This document shows, in pieces, positions 1 to 12,913 of a DNA stretch of 64,000 nt. Under the pieces are notes generated by a model. It saw nothing but the letters and a program-made list of their open reading frames with translations, searched no databases and was not told the origin of the DNA. This DNA is from Eledone cirrhosa (Eukaryota). The stretch is taken from contig OZ024740.1 of assembly GCA_964016885.1 (NCBI GenBank), forward strand, positions 110,732,001 to 110,796,000, written 5' to 3'. The stretch's first letter is position 1. The number at the start of each line of letters is the position of its first letter. The position numbers were made by a program, and so were the translations under genes.

Positions 1-1099
1 ACCACCGACAATCTTTCCACAACTTCAAACCTAGCTGTTAGTATATAACAATGTCAGATCTGGATTCCTCAACACCGTTAACACTTTACCTCTAGGTTTT
101 ATCAGTATATAATTACCCCCACAGCATCACATTCTATGATCAGCTCATTCTTCCACTTATCTCCTGTTTATCTACAATAACTATTTGGAATAAACATAAA
201 GTTACCACCATTTATTATAACTACAATAACTTCCTTACTAATATTTTATTCATTTAATTAATATATGGGTAGGTAGGTAGTGATAAAATGAGACATTTAA
301 AATATTATATAGAAAAAAGATTGTATATAAAATTAAATATATAAATTTTAAAATAAATAGCATTATATAAAAAGGATTCACTTATAACATAATATATTGT
401 ATATTAACACATATAATTTAACTAATTGGAGTTGTAAACAACTATACATTTTTCTCTTATACACACATTTATCGCCAATTACCTCCCTTTCCCATTAGCT
501 CCCCTTAGTGCAGGTCTCTAATCACTTCCTGAAATTAAACCGTTAGACAGATCACTCAAGAACAACTCTAACCCTTAATAAGATTATAATAGGAGCAATA
601 TACAATCCATAGTTGTAGCTAGTGATAAACATTTACTAAAATATAACCAATGTAATGGAAAGGAAAACCTTAATATTAATACTCACAACACATGCACATT
701 TGAACATTACCGGAACAATTATCACTTTGCATCCACCATAAACTTCATAGAAACTGCTTTTCATACCCACGCATCTCTGTCTACTTAATATGCTTTTATA
801 CCTGCATTGTGTTATATGATACCTTTGCCATACTGTGATATATATGTTTAGTACCATTGCTTGTTTCTTACCTGGTTATTCTGTACATGCCTAATACCTC
901 TGCACTCTTTCTATACGTTTGTATATGTACTGCTAATGTCCTCATTTTGTGAATAACTTTTTTCTTTAATTCCTCTATAATTGTTGTATTCTTTTATAAT
1001 CTTTGTCGCATCCACTGATACTGACCACATCATCTTCACTCTTTAAATATGACACTGTTAATCACAACACTAACATCTACGTATTTTTGCAATTGTTCT

Positions 1100-1335
1100 G
1101 TGGAATAGGAGGTTAATTATATGTCTAAACGTTGCTAGTGCTGCTGAGATGATTCCAAACGGAAGTTTGGAAAAAACGATTGTTAGCAATAAAATGTTTT
1201 GAACATAGTTTTAATTATTCTATAATTTATATTCCGGCTCTGTAAAACATCTGATATATTTACATTGATCTATTTTTCTTAGTGGTAATAAGGTGGTAAT
1301 GAATTACTGACCTTTCCTGTTTATAATTATATATA
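1100..1335 (+). mobile_element. Decayed PLE pseudo-LTR (family A) with degenerate hammerhead
   Basis: 1142-1188 TGCT-gagatga-TTCCAAAC ggaa GTTTGGAA-aaaac-gatt-GTT-AGCA; homologous to 35815-36390; ends in a TA/TTA tract. Confidence 0.65.
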
Positions 1336-1404
1336 GTGTATATATAAGTATAAATAATATTATTATTATTATATATATATATATTATTATTATATATATA
1401 TTAA

Positions 1405-1435
<31 letters not shown>

Positions 1436-1657
1436 TTATTATATATATATATATATATATTTCGTTTCTGAATTTGTTTAGCAAGATTCTTTATCTGAAA
1501 ACGTGTGTTGAAGCCGATATTGTTATACGTTGCCAATAAGAAACACACGCACCAGTCTTTTCACTTCAATTTATTATAAATTAAATTTATAAATTTAGGA
1601 ATTTATAAATTTTCGGTTGGTTGGTTGGTTCCACAACCAGACGATTGTTCATATACT

Positions 1658-1698
1658 GTCAAAGTTCTTTCGTCACATTCTGTGACCTCTTCAGTGAC
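1658..1698 (-). ncRNA. Minimal type I hammerhead ribozyme in pLTR
   Basis: Minus strand GUCA-CUGAAGA-G-GUCAC agaau GUGAC-GAAAG aa CUU-UGAC. Confidence 0.75.
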
Positions 1699-1963
1699 TG
1701 GGATTCTTTTCTTTGTTTTTGTGCCTCTCCTTTGTTCTGTCCTACGCCATCTTGTTTTTATTTGTGTTGTGTGCTTAGTTTGCGCATATGTTACATCCGG
1801 CTGTCTGTGTGTGTTTATATTTGTTTATTTATTTGTTTATTTACATGTTACTGGTTGGTTGTTTGTTCTATGTGTGTGTTTTCATTTTGTCCTTAATTGT
1901 AAGTTGTGATGTTGCTATTCCATTCATGCTTTCTATTTAATTTTGGTTGGAGTTCATTTATGT

Positions 1964-2521
1964 TTATTGTCTCTGTGATTTTCTAAACATTGCGTCTTTT
2001 CTGTGTGTAGATTCTATTTTTATTTCTATGTTCTTTAATTCACCCTTATGTTCTATTTTAGCATGTTGGTAGAGTACAGATGATTCTTTACTATCTTGAA
2101 GCTCTCGCCAGTGTTCATTTATCCTTTCTCCTATACTACGAGCTGTCTCACCTATGTACACTATATTCTTATCTTTACATTGTCCTTCACTACATCTTAT
2201 GCTATATACTACATTTCTAGTTTTACAGTTAATATGGGGGCTTAGTTTACAGATTATACATTTCTTATCTATACAGGGAGGTCTTTGAAAAGAGTATGTA
2301 TTGCTAATAAGTGTTTTTATGGAGGTACCTGGTCTTTCTACTATCTTAATATTGAGTTTATATTTATCTAGGGACATTCTGAATTTGTAAGCTAATTCAC
2401 CTCTAGGGGTTGTATTGATGAACATTACACTCTGGTTTTTATTGCTATCATACCATGAGTTTATTCTATTAACTTTATTCCTAGTTCTTTCTATTCTATT
2501 CCAAAATTTGCTCCTATACAA
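1964..2521 (-). pseudogene. PLE Cys-rich linker plus GIY-YIG endonuclease (frameshifted)
   Basis: PCIDKKCIICK...NCKTRNVVYSIRC...YIGETARSIGERINEH. Confidence 0.9.
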
Positions 2522-2581
2522 GGGGCAGGTCCCATTTGTATCCTTATTTACTATTTTTTCCCATTTGGTTCTGGCTCCTCT

Positions 2582-4120
2582 TTATACTCTTATCTTATCT
2601 CTCTGATTGTAACCAGAGAACTGCATACAGTGGATGAAGTGTTGTATGTGTCTCTCTAGTTCTTTCGGGTTGCACATGCGGGACACGTTTCTCATTACCC
2701 GTACCAAATCCGCGATCAGTATGTTGATTTTGGTGTGGTCCGACACAGCTGAGTTTCGGTGGATCAGATATTTGGAAGTCATGGGTTTGGCATAATGGGA
2801 ATGAAGGATCTGTTTTTTGTTATTGATAGTATCTAACCAGAGCTCTGTGTCTAGTACATGTAATCGATGGTTGGGGTGTTTGCTTGGGTAGTCTATAGTA
2901 ACTCTAATACTCTGGTGGATGGAGTTAGCTATTTGCTGGATGCTTTCCATGGTGTTTTTCTCTAATTCTTGACTGTTCTCTAGTGGGGGGGGGGGGGGGG
3001 TTACTACGATGTTTATATCATCAACGTAGCGGGAGTACATTATCAGGGTTAAGAGGTTGCTGTCTTCTAATTGTTCTTTAAGTTTAAGTTTAAGTCTATT
3101 GTCCCACCATACCATGAATAGGTTAGCTATGTCACCTCCAATGCTAACACCAATGGCTGCTCCCTCCTCTTGGGCATATGTTTTTCCATTAAATTTGAAT
3201 ATATGTTCCTTAAGGGTTAATTTTATACTGGCCCCCATCGCATGTGCAATCATTTTCTTTAGTTCATCGTGGTTTACGGGGGTCCGTATGGGTCTGGTCC
3301 ACCCGTTCAATCTATCTGTGTGGATTTTCTTGGCCATTGAGGTAATGGTAGGTGGTCTGCCTCTTGCTGGTCTTGTAGGGCACAGGTTGCTAAAGTCATA
3401 TGTATCTAGATAATTATTACTATAGGTAAGTTTAAGTAGGAGTCTCAGCTCACTGGTATCAATCCCACGGAATTCAACATTGCTCTCACTGATCATTTCT
3501 ACGCATTTCTCCACAGCAAAATCCACGTCAATAGATGGATATAGGGACACAACATCCATACTGCCTATTATGCAGTTTGTTAGGTCCCTAGATCGGTTAC
3601 CTTCGCTGATTCTGCTGAGGAGGTCCTCCGTGCTGTCACATATATCTGCGGACATTTCAATGATGGGGCGTATGATCAGAGAGAGGAAGTAGGAAAGTCT
3701 GTAGTTACTAGCAATGTTAGCTCCACAGTGTTGGTGGTCCTGTGACAGGGTCACTGCTCATTTTATGGTCTTTTCGAAGCCCATACAACGCTGGCACGTC
3801 ATTTTTCCAGGTCTGGACGTTGTTGGCAGTCCTTTTGTTGGGCTGCATTATGTTTGTCCACATCATCATATGGGCATTGAGGGTTTTTACCCTATCCTCA
3901 TGCTCTTGTGGTGTTACTTCTCTTGTGTTAGTGATTTGGGGTTGCATTGCCTGGATGTAGTTTGACAGACTGTCTGTTGGAAAGCATGCAATCTCTCCAT
4001 TACGCGAGCGGTGCATGAGCTTACGCAAGACATTTGCAGATTTTTCTCCCAGTTGCTGGGCCTCGATTCTATGTTGCTTCTTACTATACTGTTCTATAAT
4101 GTTTCTAAGTTTAGATCTAG
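2582..4120 (-). pseudogene. PLE reverse transcriptase (frameshifted pieces 2582-3754 and 3717-4120)
   Basis: LYGLRKDHK, GSMDVVSLYPSID, QEEGAAIG, YSRYVDDINIV, LDTELW, HYAKP, thumb ending FSGY. Confidence 0.92.
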
Positions 4121-4192
4121 CTATACTAAACAAAAACAAGATGGCGTAGGATAGAACAAAGGAGAGGCACAAAAACAAAGAAAAGAATCCCA

Positions 4193-4235
4193 CTCACTGA
4201 AGAGGTCACAGAATGTTTGACGAAAGAACTTTGAC
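4193..4235 (+). ncRNA. Hammerhead ribozyme in inverted pLTR
   Basis: CUGAAGA-G-GUCA...UGAC-GAAAG aa CUU-UGAC; inverted copy of 1658-1698. Confidence 0.65.
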
Positions 4236-4390
4236 AGTATATGAACAATCGTATGGTTGTGGAACCAACCAGCCAATCGGAAATTTATAAATTCCTAAAT
4301 TTATAAATTTAATTTATAATAAATTGAAGTGAAACATCTGGTGCGTGTGTTTCTTATTGGCATATTGGCAACATGACCCTCCCAAAGTAT

Positions 4391-4458
<68 letters not shown>

Positions 4459-5190
4459 GCTATTAATGTATGAATCATTGAGAGTGATTTGAAAAGGTAT
4501 TAGCCACAATGTGGATATCTATAAATAATAATTAGATAATCGGGTAAAATGGCTCAAGCGACAATAAAAATGGATAGGGTTGCTTGCAAGAATCAAACCA
4601 GGAATATTTCGTATAACAAACGTGAGCATCGAAGTATTAGGCAAAAGCCAATTGCTGTCATTTTAGAAGTGGAAATATTTGGTATATTTACAAAGCATTT
4701 GGTAAATTTGAAATATCATATTTTATAACAATTTACTGTGCGTATCTGTTTGTATGCGTGTGTTTGTGTGAGTATGCCTGTGTAGTCTGTATTTACCACT
4801 CACTGTTTAAGGCTTGGTCTGCTTTGTAATCCCGGTCAACTGTATGGAGAAGACATTGCCTCGGATAATGGAGAGTGAGACGCGCTGGAACAACTACGCT
4901 ACCTCGTGGGACTTGCATTAACGGGTAATCAACTCCGCCCCGATAGCAGTGAGTAGGCATGTAGTGTTAGTGTCAAGAACGCCGGCAGTCACCACTGTCA
5001 AAGAAAGGCTCGACATAAAACCTTTCAGAGAGCAGTCGATTCTTTGACAGTTTGCCGTCTTAGGCTTGACGAGCGACGAAGCTGGGCTTGTAGCTGAATG
5101 CCCCTAGTAGCTGCTGGAGTATGTCTCGCAACATGAAGCATCACAGATGAGTGACATACCCATGCATATATTGGCAGGTAGATGCGCTTG

Positions 5191-5450
5191 GTTAAGCCTA
5201 CATTACGTTTATTGGTTGGTGACATGCGTTTCTCTATTGATCAGCTCAAGGTTCGATCTGTATCGACCTGGCTCGACTCTGGAATCAAAAGCTTCTCGGA
5301 CCTCTGTCATTACTACAACAGAGGTTCGAGGAGCTTTTGATTCCAGAGTCGGCCCAGATCGATGCAGATCGAACCTTGAGCTGATCAATAGCGAAACGCG
5401 CGTCACCAACCAATAAACGTAATGAAGGTTTAACAATTCGTCCTTGTATT
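5191..5450. repeat. Fold-back element with about 120-bp arms carrying the 3' half of a hammerhead (GAAAC-GCGC-GUC)
   Basis: Imperfect palindrome centred near 5312; right arm has a short extra tail followed by TA repeats. Confidence 0.8.
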
Positions 5451-5497
5451 ATATATATATAAATATACATATATATGTAAATACACGCCCCCCCCCC

Positions 5498-5538
<41 letters not shown>

Positions 5539-5590
5539 GACGTAAAATAAGAAAATTTTAAAAATTAAAAATTAACTTACTAAAATTTTC

Positions 5591-5672
5591 ACTCCAACTA
5601 ATTAGTTTCTGTAATGGGATAAATATAGTTACACAATGTAACTATCGAGAATTCATTACGTCATCAGGGAGT
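5591..5672 (-). ncRNA. Type I hammerhead ribozyme with extended stem II
   Basis: Minus strand ACUCC-CUGAUGA-cGUAAUG...(ATAGTTACA ttg TGTAACTAT hairpin)...CAUUACa-GAAAC UAAUUA GUU-GGAGU; palindromic stem III. Confidence 0.88.
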
Positions 5673-5690
5673 CTATTCTCAGCTAACTGT

Positions 5691-7129
5691 ATGAATTTAG
5701 CGTCTAAATTCATACAGTTCGACATAGAGAGCTACTATGCTTCAATCACCTTACCGCTACTTACTGCCGCCTTGGACTTCGCCGAAACACTTGTGCCCAT
5801 CACCGACCAGGAAAGAAAAATCATCCTCCACGCCAGGAAGACAGTCTTACTCTTTGACGACTCTAAATGGATAAAAAGAGCTCCCGACTCACCCTTCGAC
5901 GTCAGCATGGGCGCCACGGATTCGGCGGAGGTCACAGATCTTATAGGATTATTCCTAATAGCCAAACTCATCGATATGTTTCCTGCATTCGGTGGTGGAT
6001 TGTACCGTGATGATGGGCTCCTTACCCTTAAAGGGTACAACCCCATTAGTACAGATCGGGTCCGGAAACAATTATTCAGCTTCTTCCGCGACTGGGGATT
6101 TAAAATAACCCTACAAACGTCCCTGACCCGAGTAAACCCGAGTAAACCCGAGTAAACTTCCTCGACCTCGAAAACGACCTGTACTACCCATACAGGAAAC
6201 CTAATGACAACCTGCACTACATCCACCGCCGATCAAACCATCCTAGGAACATCACCATCAACCTGGTCAAAAACATCTCCCTCCGCATATCCCGTTTGTC
6301 AGCTAATGAGCGGATATTCGATGAACATGCGCCTTATTACAACCAGGCCCTCAAGCGGAGTGGTTTCCGGGAGGAAATATCCTACTGTCCAGCTCCCATT
6401 AGCGGAACCAGCAGGAGACACCGCCGCTCACGCAATGTAACATGGTTCAATCTTCCCCACAACGCAGAGGTGACAACTCCCATCGGGAAACTATTCTTTA
6501 GGCTCATTGAAAAACACTTCCCACTACAACACCGCTACCACAACATAATTAACAAAAATACCATCAAACTCTCTTACAGCACTACACCAAACTTCGCACA
6601 AAACATCGCCTCCTCTAACAACAAAAAACTCAACCCCGATGGCAGAAATAACCTAAATAGCAGTGGAGAGCCGACCAGGAGGTGCAACAGTCCGGATAGA
6701 TCCATTTGCCCACTCGACAATAGATGCAGAGACCGTAATGTGATCTACCAGTGCAACGTGAGGACGGACACCTCCAACAAAGCTTATATAGGACTAACCG
6801 CATGTGACTTCAAGACCCGGCTATACCAACATAGACATACCTTCCGAAACCCGGCCCGGCGTCACGCCACTACACTTTCGGGCCACATATGGGACCTCAA
6901 GGACAACAACATCACCTATGATCTCACTTGGAGATTACTGTCCAGAGCCAATTCTTACACGGGAGGACGCTGTCCGTGCAATTTATGCTCGGAGGAAACT
7001 TTACAAATGCTGTTTTCGACGGACCAACTCCTAAACAAGAACGTTGAACTGGTTACTGCATGTAAACATAGATTGCGTAGGACCTACATCGCCCTCAAAC
7101 CCCATAATGACCCGGGGGGGAGGGGGTAA
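5691..7129 (+). pseudogene. Naiad-type Penelope-like RT plus GIY-YIG (5'-truncated, frameshifted at a CCCGAGTAAA x3 duplication)
   Basis: FIQFDIESYY, FDVSMG, GLYRDDGL, YRKP...SNHP, WFNLP, KLSYS, CPLDNRC, NVIY...YIGLT, CNLC, CKH. Confidence 0.9.
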
Positions 7130-8349
7130 ACTAGGGCTATAACACCCCACTTGCCGATTTTGCAATGGGTAACCCCTGCTTGCCAAGGGAGACGTAAGAT
7201 CTTTTTATTCTTTTATCGCTTCCTTTATTTCCTTCTTCCCCCCATCCCTCCTTAGTCCTTCTACCCCAGTTCTTCTTCTTTGTCGGCGTCTTCTCTCGCC
7301 CACCCGAGGCTGCCCTTTGGCCCCTTGTAGCCTCAGTACCCCCACCCCCTCCGCTAGTCTATGATAGATTTGGCGGACTCCGCTTTTTATAGCAGTTGTG
7401 TTAGACCTCGGATACTTGCCCCCTTTTCCCGACCGCTCCCACTATTTTCCGTGCCTTCTATATTTCTTAGTGGCACTTATGCCTTATTTTCTCGTTTCAG
7501 TATTTCTTTCTTCTCTTTTCTTTTGGGCGGGGTGGATTCTGAATTTATTTTTCCGTATTCTACCTTTACTTCGTACGAACTTATATAAGATCTTTTAGAG
7601 TTAGCATTAGTATATATTTTTTTCGGGACTCAGAATTATTATCTCGTACTAGTTTACTTTGCTGCACTGGGTGGTTGCTGGCATTGTGCCCGGGATAGAA
7701 ACCTTTATTATTTATTTCGTGGTAGTTTCTTTAGTATTTTGGCCCCATTTGTTGACCCGTCACCGTATGATTTACGTACTTATACCTCTTAAAAGGGTCT
7801 TTGCCTATTCAGTCCCACCTAGTTTATTTACTTATTTCGTTATTTCTTTATTTCTTTCTTTATTTCTTTCTTTCTTTATTTATTTATTTATCTAGCCTAA
7901 CAATAGCTAGAGACTTAGGTCGTAGAACTTACTTCACTTTTTTCTTTACACTTATTCGCTTTTCATCACTCTCAGTATTTTTTCTTTCATATATATATTT
8001 TTACCCCTCATTGTTCTACCTACCGTTCCGACTTCCCCCCCCTCCCCCTCCCCAGTATCTTCTTTGACCTCATGCCCAGCTGTAGCTGGCACTACCAACG
8101 CATGATTGGGTCTACTCCACCCCCTCCCCTTTTTCACCTACTGGCAGGTTTAGCCACCATCTCCCCTACTAATTTGCAATCACAGAATTACTACTGACTT
8201 TTGACAATCACTTTGACCATATATGGAATTACCCTTTGAGAAGCTCAGCCGTCGGGGTCTTACTGGTTCCTATTACCCACTCTACTACCCTGAGTATTGA
8301 GTACTTTGGTGCGTTATGGTCCACCTGGTTCCTTACCACATTTCCTTCG

Positions 8350-8400
<51 letters not shown>

Positions 8401-8405
<5 letters not shown>

Positions 8406-9067
8406 GAAAGGTATAGAAATTGTTTTAGCGAAAAGCTAACAGTAGTCCATAACATATATGCGACTATGTCGTCAAGATGGGAAAAATAGTTAACGTAAGA
8501 TGTAGGAAAAATAATTCAAACTCATCTCAAAAGAGAATCAGGATACAAATTCATCCACAGAATTTAGTGAAATCCAGGGAAAAATCAATAGACCCTTAAC
8601 TCATGATAAAATAAAGTTTAAAATACTTATCCTTCAATTTGGAAAAACATCAAATGCTCTGTATAGTCTTAAAGACTATTTCATGAAAACTTTCAGTGGA
8701 GATGGTCACGGTTGGATTTCAATCGTCAGCAGAGCTCAACAGATAACCAGGGCTCCCACAGAATTATAGGCCAAAAATGGAATTCTAAAACTGCCTACTT
8801 CACCATCATGCGTGATTATGAAAAACGCACATGAGGAAAAACAGGGCTAGTGACGTCAGGATGAAAATGAATGTTTGTTTACAAGAAATAACAGTCAAAT
8901 ACATTCCGAAAAAACTCTACAAAAAGGAGTTCAGCAAACAGCAATATTATCGCAGTTTTTATAAAAAAACCGGGATTAGTCACAGATAATTTAAGCACTC
9001 AAGGAAAAAAATCCGAGTATAAATATAAATGAAAGGTATAGAAATTGTTTTAGCGAGAAGCTAACAT
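8401..9067 (-). mobile_element. ORF-less hammerhead-bearing unit with about 40-bp terminal direct repeat (period 625 bp)
   Basis: TAAATGAAAGGTATAGAAATTGTTTTAGCGA at 8401 and 9026; HHR inside; microsatellite flanks. Confidence 0.7.
8656..8735 (-). ncRNA. Type I hammerhead ribozyme
   Basis: Minus strand GCUCUG-CUGACGA-uUGAAA...UUUCAu-GAAA UAGUCUU u AAGACUA UA-CAGAGC; 6-bp stem I, long near-palindromic stem III. Confidence 0.88.
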
Positions 9068-9094
9068 GTATGTATGTATGTATTACGTATGTAT

Positions 9095-9622
9095 GGCAAC
9101 CCCACCAAGGTTTCTTGGTGAGGAGGGTGACTTTGGACATCCTGCAGGACTTAAAACAAAACCTGTCAAAGGGCAAAGGAGCTCTTAAGAGTCAATGGCC
9201 ATCCAAAATCACCGGGAGAGATGACCCCTTAGCCTTTGTCAAAGCAGAATTCTAGGAGAAGGAAAACTCTGATATAACACCTGCAACCCTGATGGTATTC
9301 AATGATGTTGACTTGTTCTTCTTTTTGTTAAATATCATCTGGGTTAAGAGAGTGGGACTGGCTTTGTGCAGTACCTTTGCTCACTATAAAGGCTTCACGA
9401 CACAGGCATTGCTTTATATCTGGAGATCTCTCTGCACTTGTCGTCACATGGTACCATGGGCCCAGCACTTTGTGTCAATAATTGTCACAAGTGTAGTGTT
9501 TGTACCAGAGTTTTCAAGTAGCTGGTTGGACTAAAAAGTCACACTCGTCCAGCGCATCAGTAGAGTTTCTCCTACATGGATATAAAGTAGTGGCCGTACT
9601 CGAAAACGAGTTAGCAGCCACC
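9095..9622 (+). mobile_element. Non-autonomous retro-element flanked by (ATGT)n, probably RTE-derived
   Basis: Close inverted copy at 52656-53220; CTAGGAGAAGGAAAACTCTGA resembles RTE 5'-UTR motifs (recalled); tetranucleotide tail. Confidence 0.6.
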
Positions 9623-10109
9623 ATGTATGTATGTATGTTTGTATCTATATGTATGTATATATGTATATTTAAATTGAAGAAACGAAGGTTTTTAAATCAC
9701 ATCTATTTTTAATCTCTAAAATAAAACTGGTATATGCTATAAATTATTATCTTAATTATCTATATGACTTGCAATCTATCCAGTGGGATAAGTAGATAGA
9801 TTGTTTGATACATTCGTACATAGATAGCCAAGAATATAGACCAAATGACAGATTGACTGGTAGAAAGATAGAGAGAGTGAGTAGGAGAAAGAAATGGATA
9901 AATAGGTATGAGAGCTAAATATGGAAGGATGTGGACTAAGAAATGAGCGAAAGTGTTTACCAGAGGGGGAGAGAGAGAGAAAATGAAAGCTAAGGTGACG
10001 GAGAGAATGAGAAAGGGTGAGAGAGAGGGCGAGAAAGCGAAAGGGAGACAAGAGAAATTTGGCGTGGAGCCATGAAACTGAAGTTTCGAGAAAGGTAGTA
10101 TGTAGCAGG

Positions 10110-10610
<501 letters not shown>

Positions 10611-11559
10611 GTGGAATAACAGGGAGAAAGAGAGATGAGTTGTAAAGAAATTACATCCCATCATATTTTTGATGAGTCATGTGAAAGATCGATAAGAAGT
10701 AATTGAGTCCCCTACTTGAGTTTTCTAAGGAATACTTCAGTGAAGCAATACTCAATGTTTGCTACTTTTCTTTCTCTTACAGATGATATTGTTTTACTTC
10801 ATCTGTTATTGTTGTTGTCATTGAAGAGATGATGTTTTTACTTTTAGTCTTAGGTCGGCCTCCAGTGAATCTGCCTTCGGCATTTATACTGCTTTAACTG
10901 ACACTCATAGGCATTGTTCCTCGTCTTTTATAAGGTCTGTGCTTATGGTATTCATAGGCATTGTTCTTACGTCTTTTATAGGGTTTGCGCCTATGACATA
11001 TATAGGCATTTGTGTCAGTGCTTTGTATAGGACCTGTATATATGGCCTTTATAGGATTTGATCCTATGACATTTAAAAGATTTATGTCACTTGCTTGGAA
11101 GGCCTGTGTCCAGATAACCTATGCCTCTGTTGTTTATAGGCTGTGTGTCTATAACATTTATTCGATATGTCCCTCTGACGTTTAAAGGGCTTTTGCTTCT
11201 AATGTTTATGAAGTCCGTCTCCACAGTATGTTGATGTGTCAGTCGAAGGAAAGGGGATTACCCATTTGCTGGTAAGAGGTAGAACTGATCCAGCTTCGAC
11301 CAGTGAGTTTGTGTGGGAGGCATTGTTTTAAAGTAGTATGAAGTGAGGTTTTATAATGATGTTTGAAGTCATTGATAGTTGTTATTGGAAATAATGCTTA
11401 CTTTATTAGAATAACACTTCATGACTCTTCGTGTTGTGAACGATCCCACTGCTTGATACATCAGCATCGTACATTGGGTCAAATACATGTTATCACTTAT
11501 TGCACAATATCTGAATTAATAGATAGAAGGGAAAGATGTGGACCTTACTTAAATATGGA

Positions 11560-12200
11560 ATGATACGCGATGCCTCGCCCCCATCCATCACAGCCCCGGC
11601 GGTTAGAATGGAGAAGGCGTTTCCCCAGAGGACGGCAAAGAAGACGCGCTGTAAAAGCCACTCCAACTCGCGGGGCTCAGACCTGCGGCTGGCCAGCTCA
11701 GCGCCTATGGTGGTGAGTAGGGAGGTCGCCCTAGGCCCGAGGACACCAGAAATCTCCACTGCCAGGGGTACAACTGAAAACCTGTCGGAGAGCGACCAGT
11801 ATTTGAGTTTAGTTTCCTCAGCTCGACGTGCAGCAGAACCCGGGTTAGTCGCAGACTGCACCAGGTTGCGGCTGCAGAAATTGACGGACGGTGCAAGTGG
11901 CATCCCAGAGGAGGTGTTTGCCACCGCGGAACGGGAAGTTGGTCATGCCATCTGGCCTTTTGCCGTCCCCTCGGTCCAGCCTCACCTGCTCGAGCTGGAA
12001 AGGGAAGCCTGCAGCGTCCAAGCCATGCTTTATGACCTCATTAAGGGCAGCATGGCGTGGAAGGCGGCCGGCACTGTGGCGACAGGGAAGCGGGTGGAGG
12101 CCGGAAGAGTCCACGGTGGATCCGCAGCGACATTGGTGTTATCACTTTGTAGGAGTAAGGCGGTATGCTGCTTTACCATTCTCGAAATCGGGTATGAATA
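11560..12200 (-). pseudogene. CRE-clade non-LTR retrotransposon C-terminus (zinc-knuckle remnant plus restriction-like endonuclease), frameshifted
   Basis: RHAALNEVIK...DGKRPDG...LLWDATC then PLAVEISGVLG...QRVFFAVLWGNAFSIL. Confidence 0.82.
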
Positions 12201-12379
12201 ACTAGTCACTGGCCGAATTCCTCAAGTGCCTCGGAGGCACAACTACTACCGTATGTCTTAAGACCACGAAAGGATAAAAAAATACTTGTATGACAACTGG
12301 ACTAAAGATAATCATAGATACATGACAACACTGAGAGAAACGGTTGCTCTCGAGTTCCCATTTCCAGTAGTATGTGATA

Positions 12380-12464
<85 letters not shown>

Positions 12465-12492
12465 ATTATTTGTGTGTTTGTATATATTTATA

Positions 12493-12536
<44 letters not shown>

Positions 12537-12858
12537 TATATGTACAAACACACACAAATACGTACGTATGTATGCATGCTTATATGTGTGAGGGTGTCTA
12601 TTTAAGCGAATATGCCAGGGTATGTGTGGGTACATCTATATTTGATATACACCCAACTCTGGTAGATGTGAATAATATATATATATATGCATGTCAGTGT
12701 TCTTGCATGTTTATATATGCACACATGCACACACACACGCACACACGCACGTACGCACACACAGACACACACACACACAAGACTTGTTGTACCTCTGTTT
12801 GTGGTTTCCTTGAACTATATATATGTATATATATATATATATATATATAAATTTACCT

Positions 12859-12913
<55 letters not shown>

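Larger units (their letters stand above)
1461..4397 (-). mobile_element. 5'-truncated Penelope-like retroelement with 3' pLTR (1461-1780) and inverted partial pLTR (about 4128-4397), inserted in (TA)n
   Basis: RT and GIY-YIG ORFs on minus strand; about 270-bp inverted terminal repeats; (TA)n on both sides. Confidence 0.92.
5535..8350 (+). mobile_element. Naiad-type PLE insertion including 3' region and family-B terminal tail (8243-8350), in (TA)n
   Basis: Bounded by (TA)n at about 5500-5534 and from 8351; 3' end homologous to 43562, 48363 and 49370. Confidence 0.7.

Noticed and set aside
11536-12201. 221-aa plus-strand ORF
   Set aside because: Antisense shadow of the GC-rich CRE fragment
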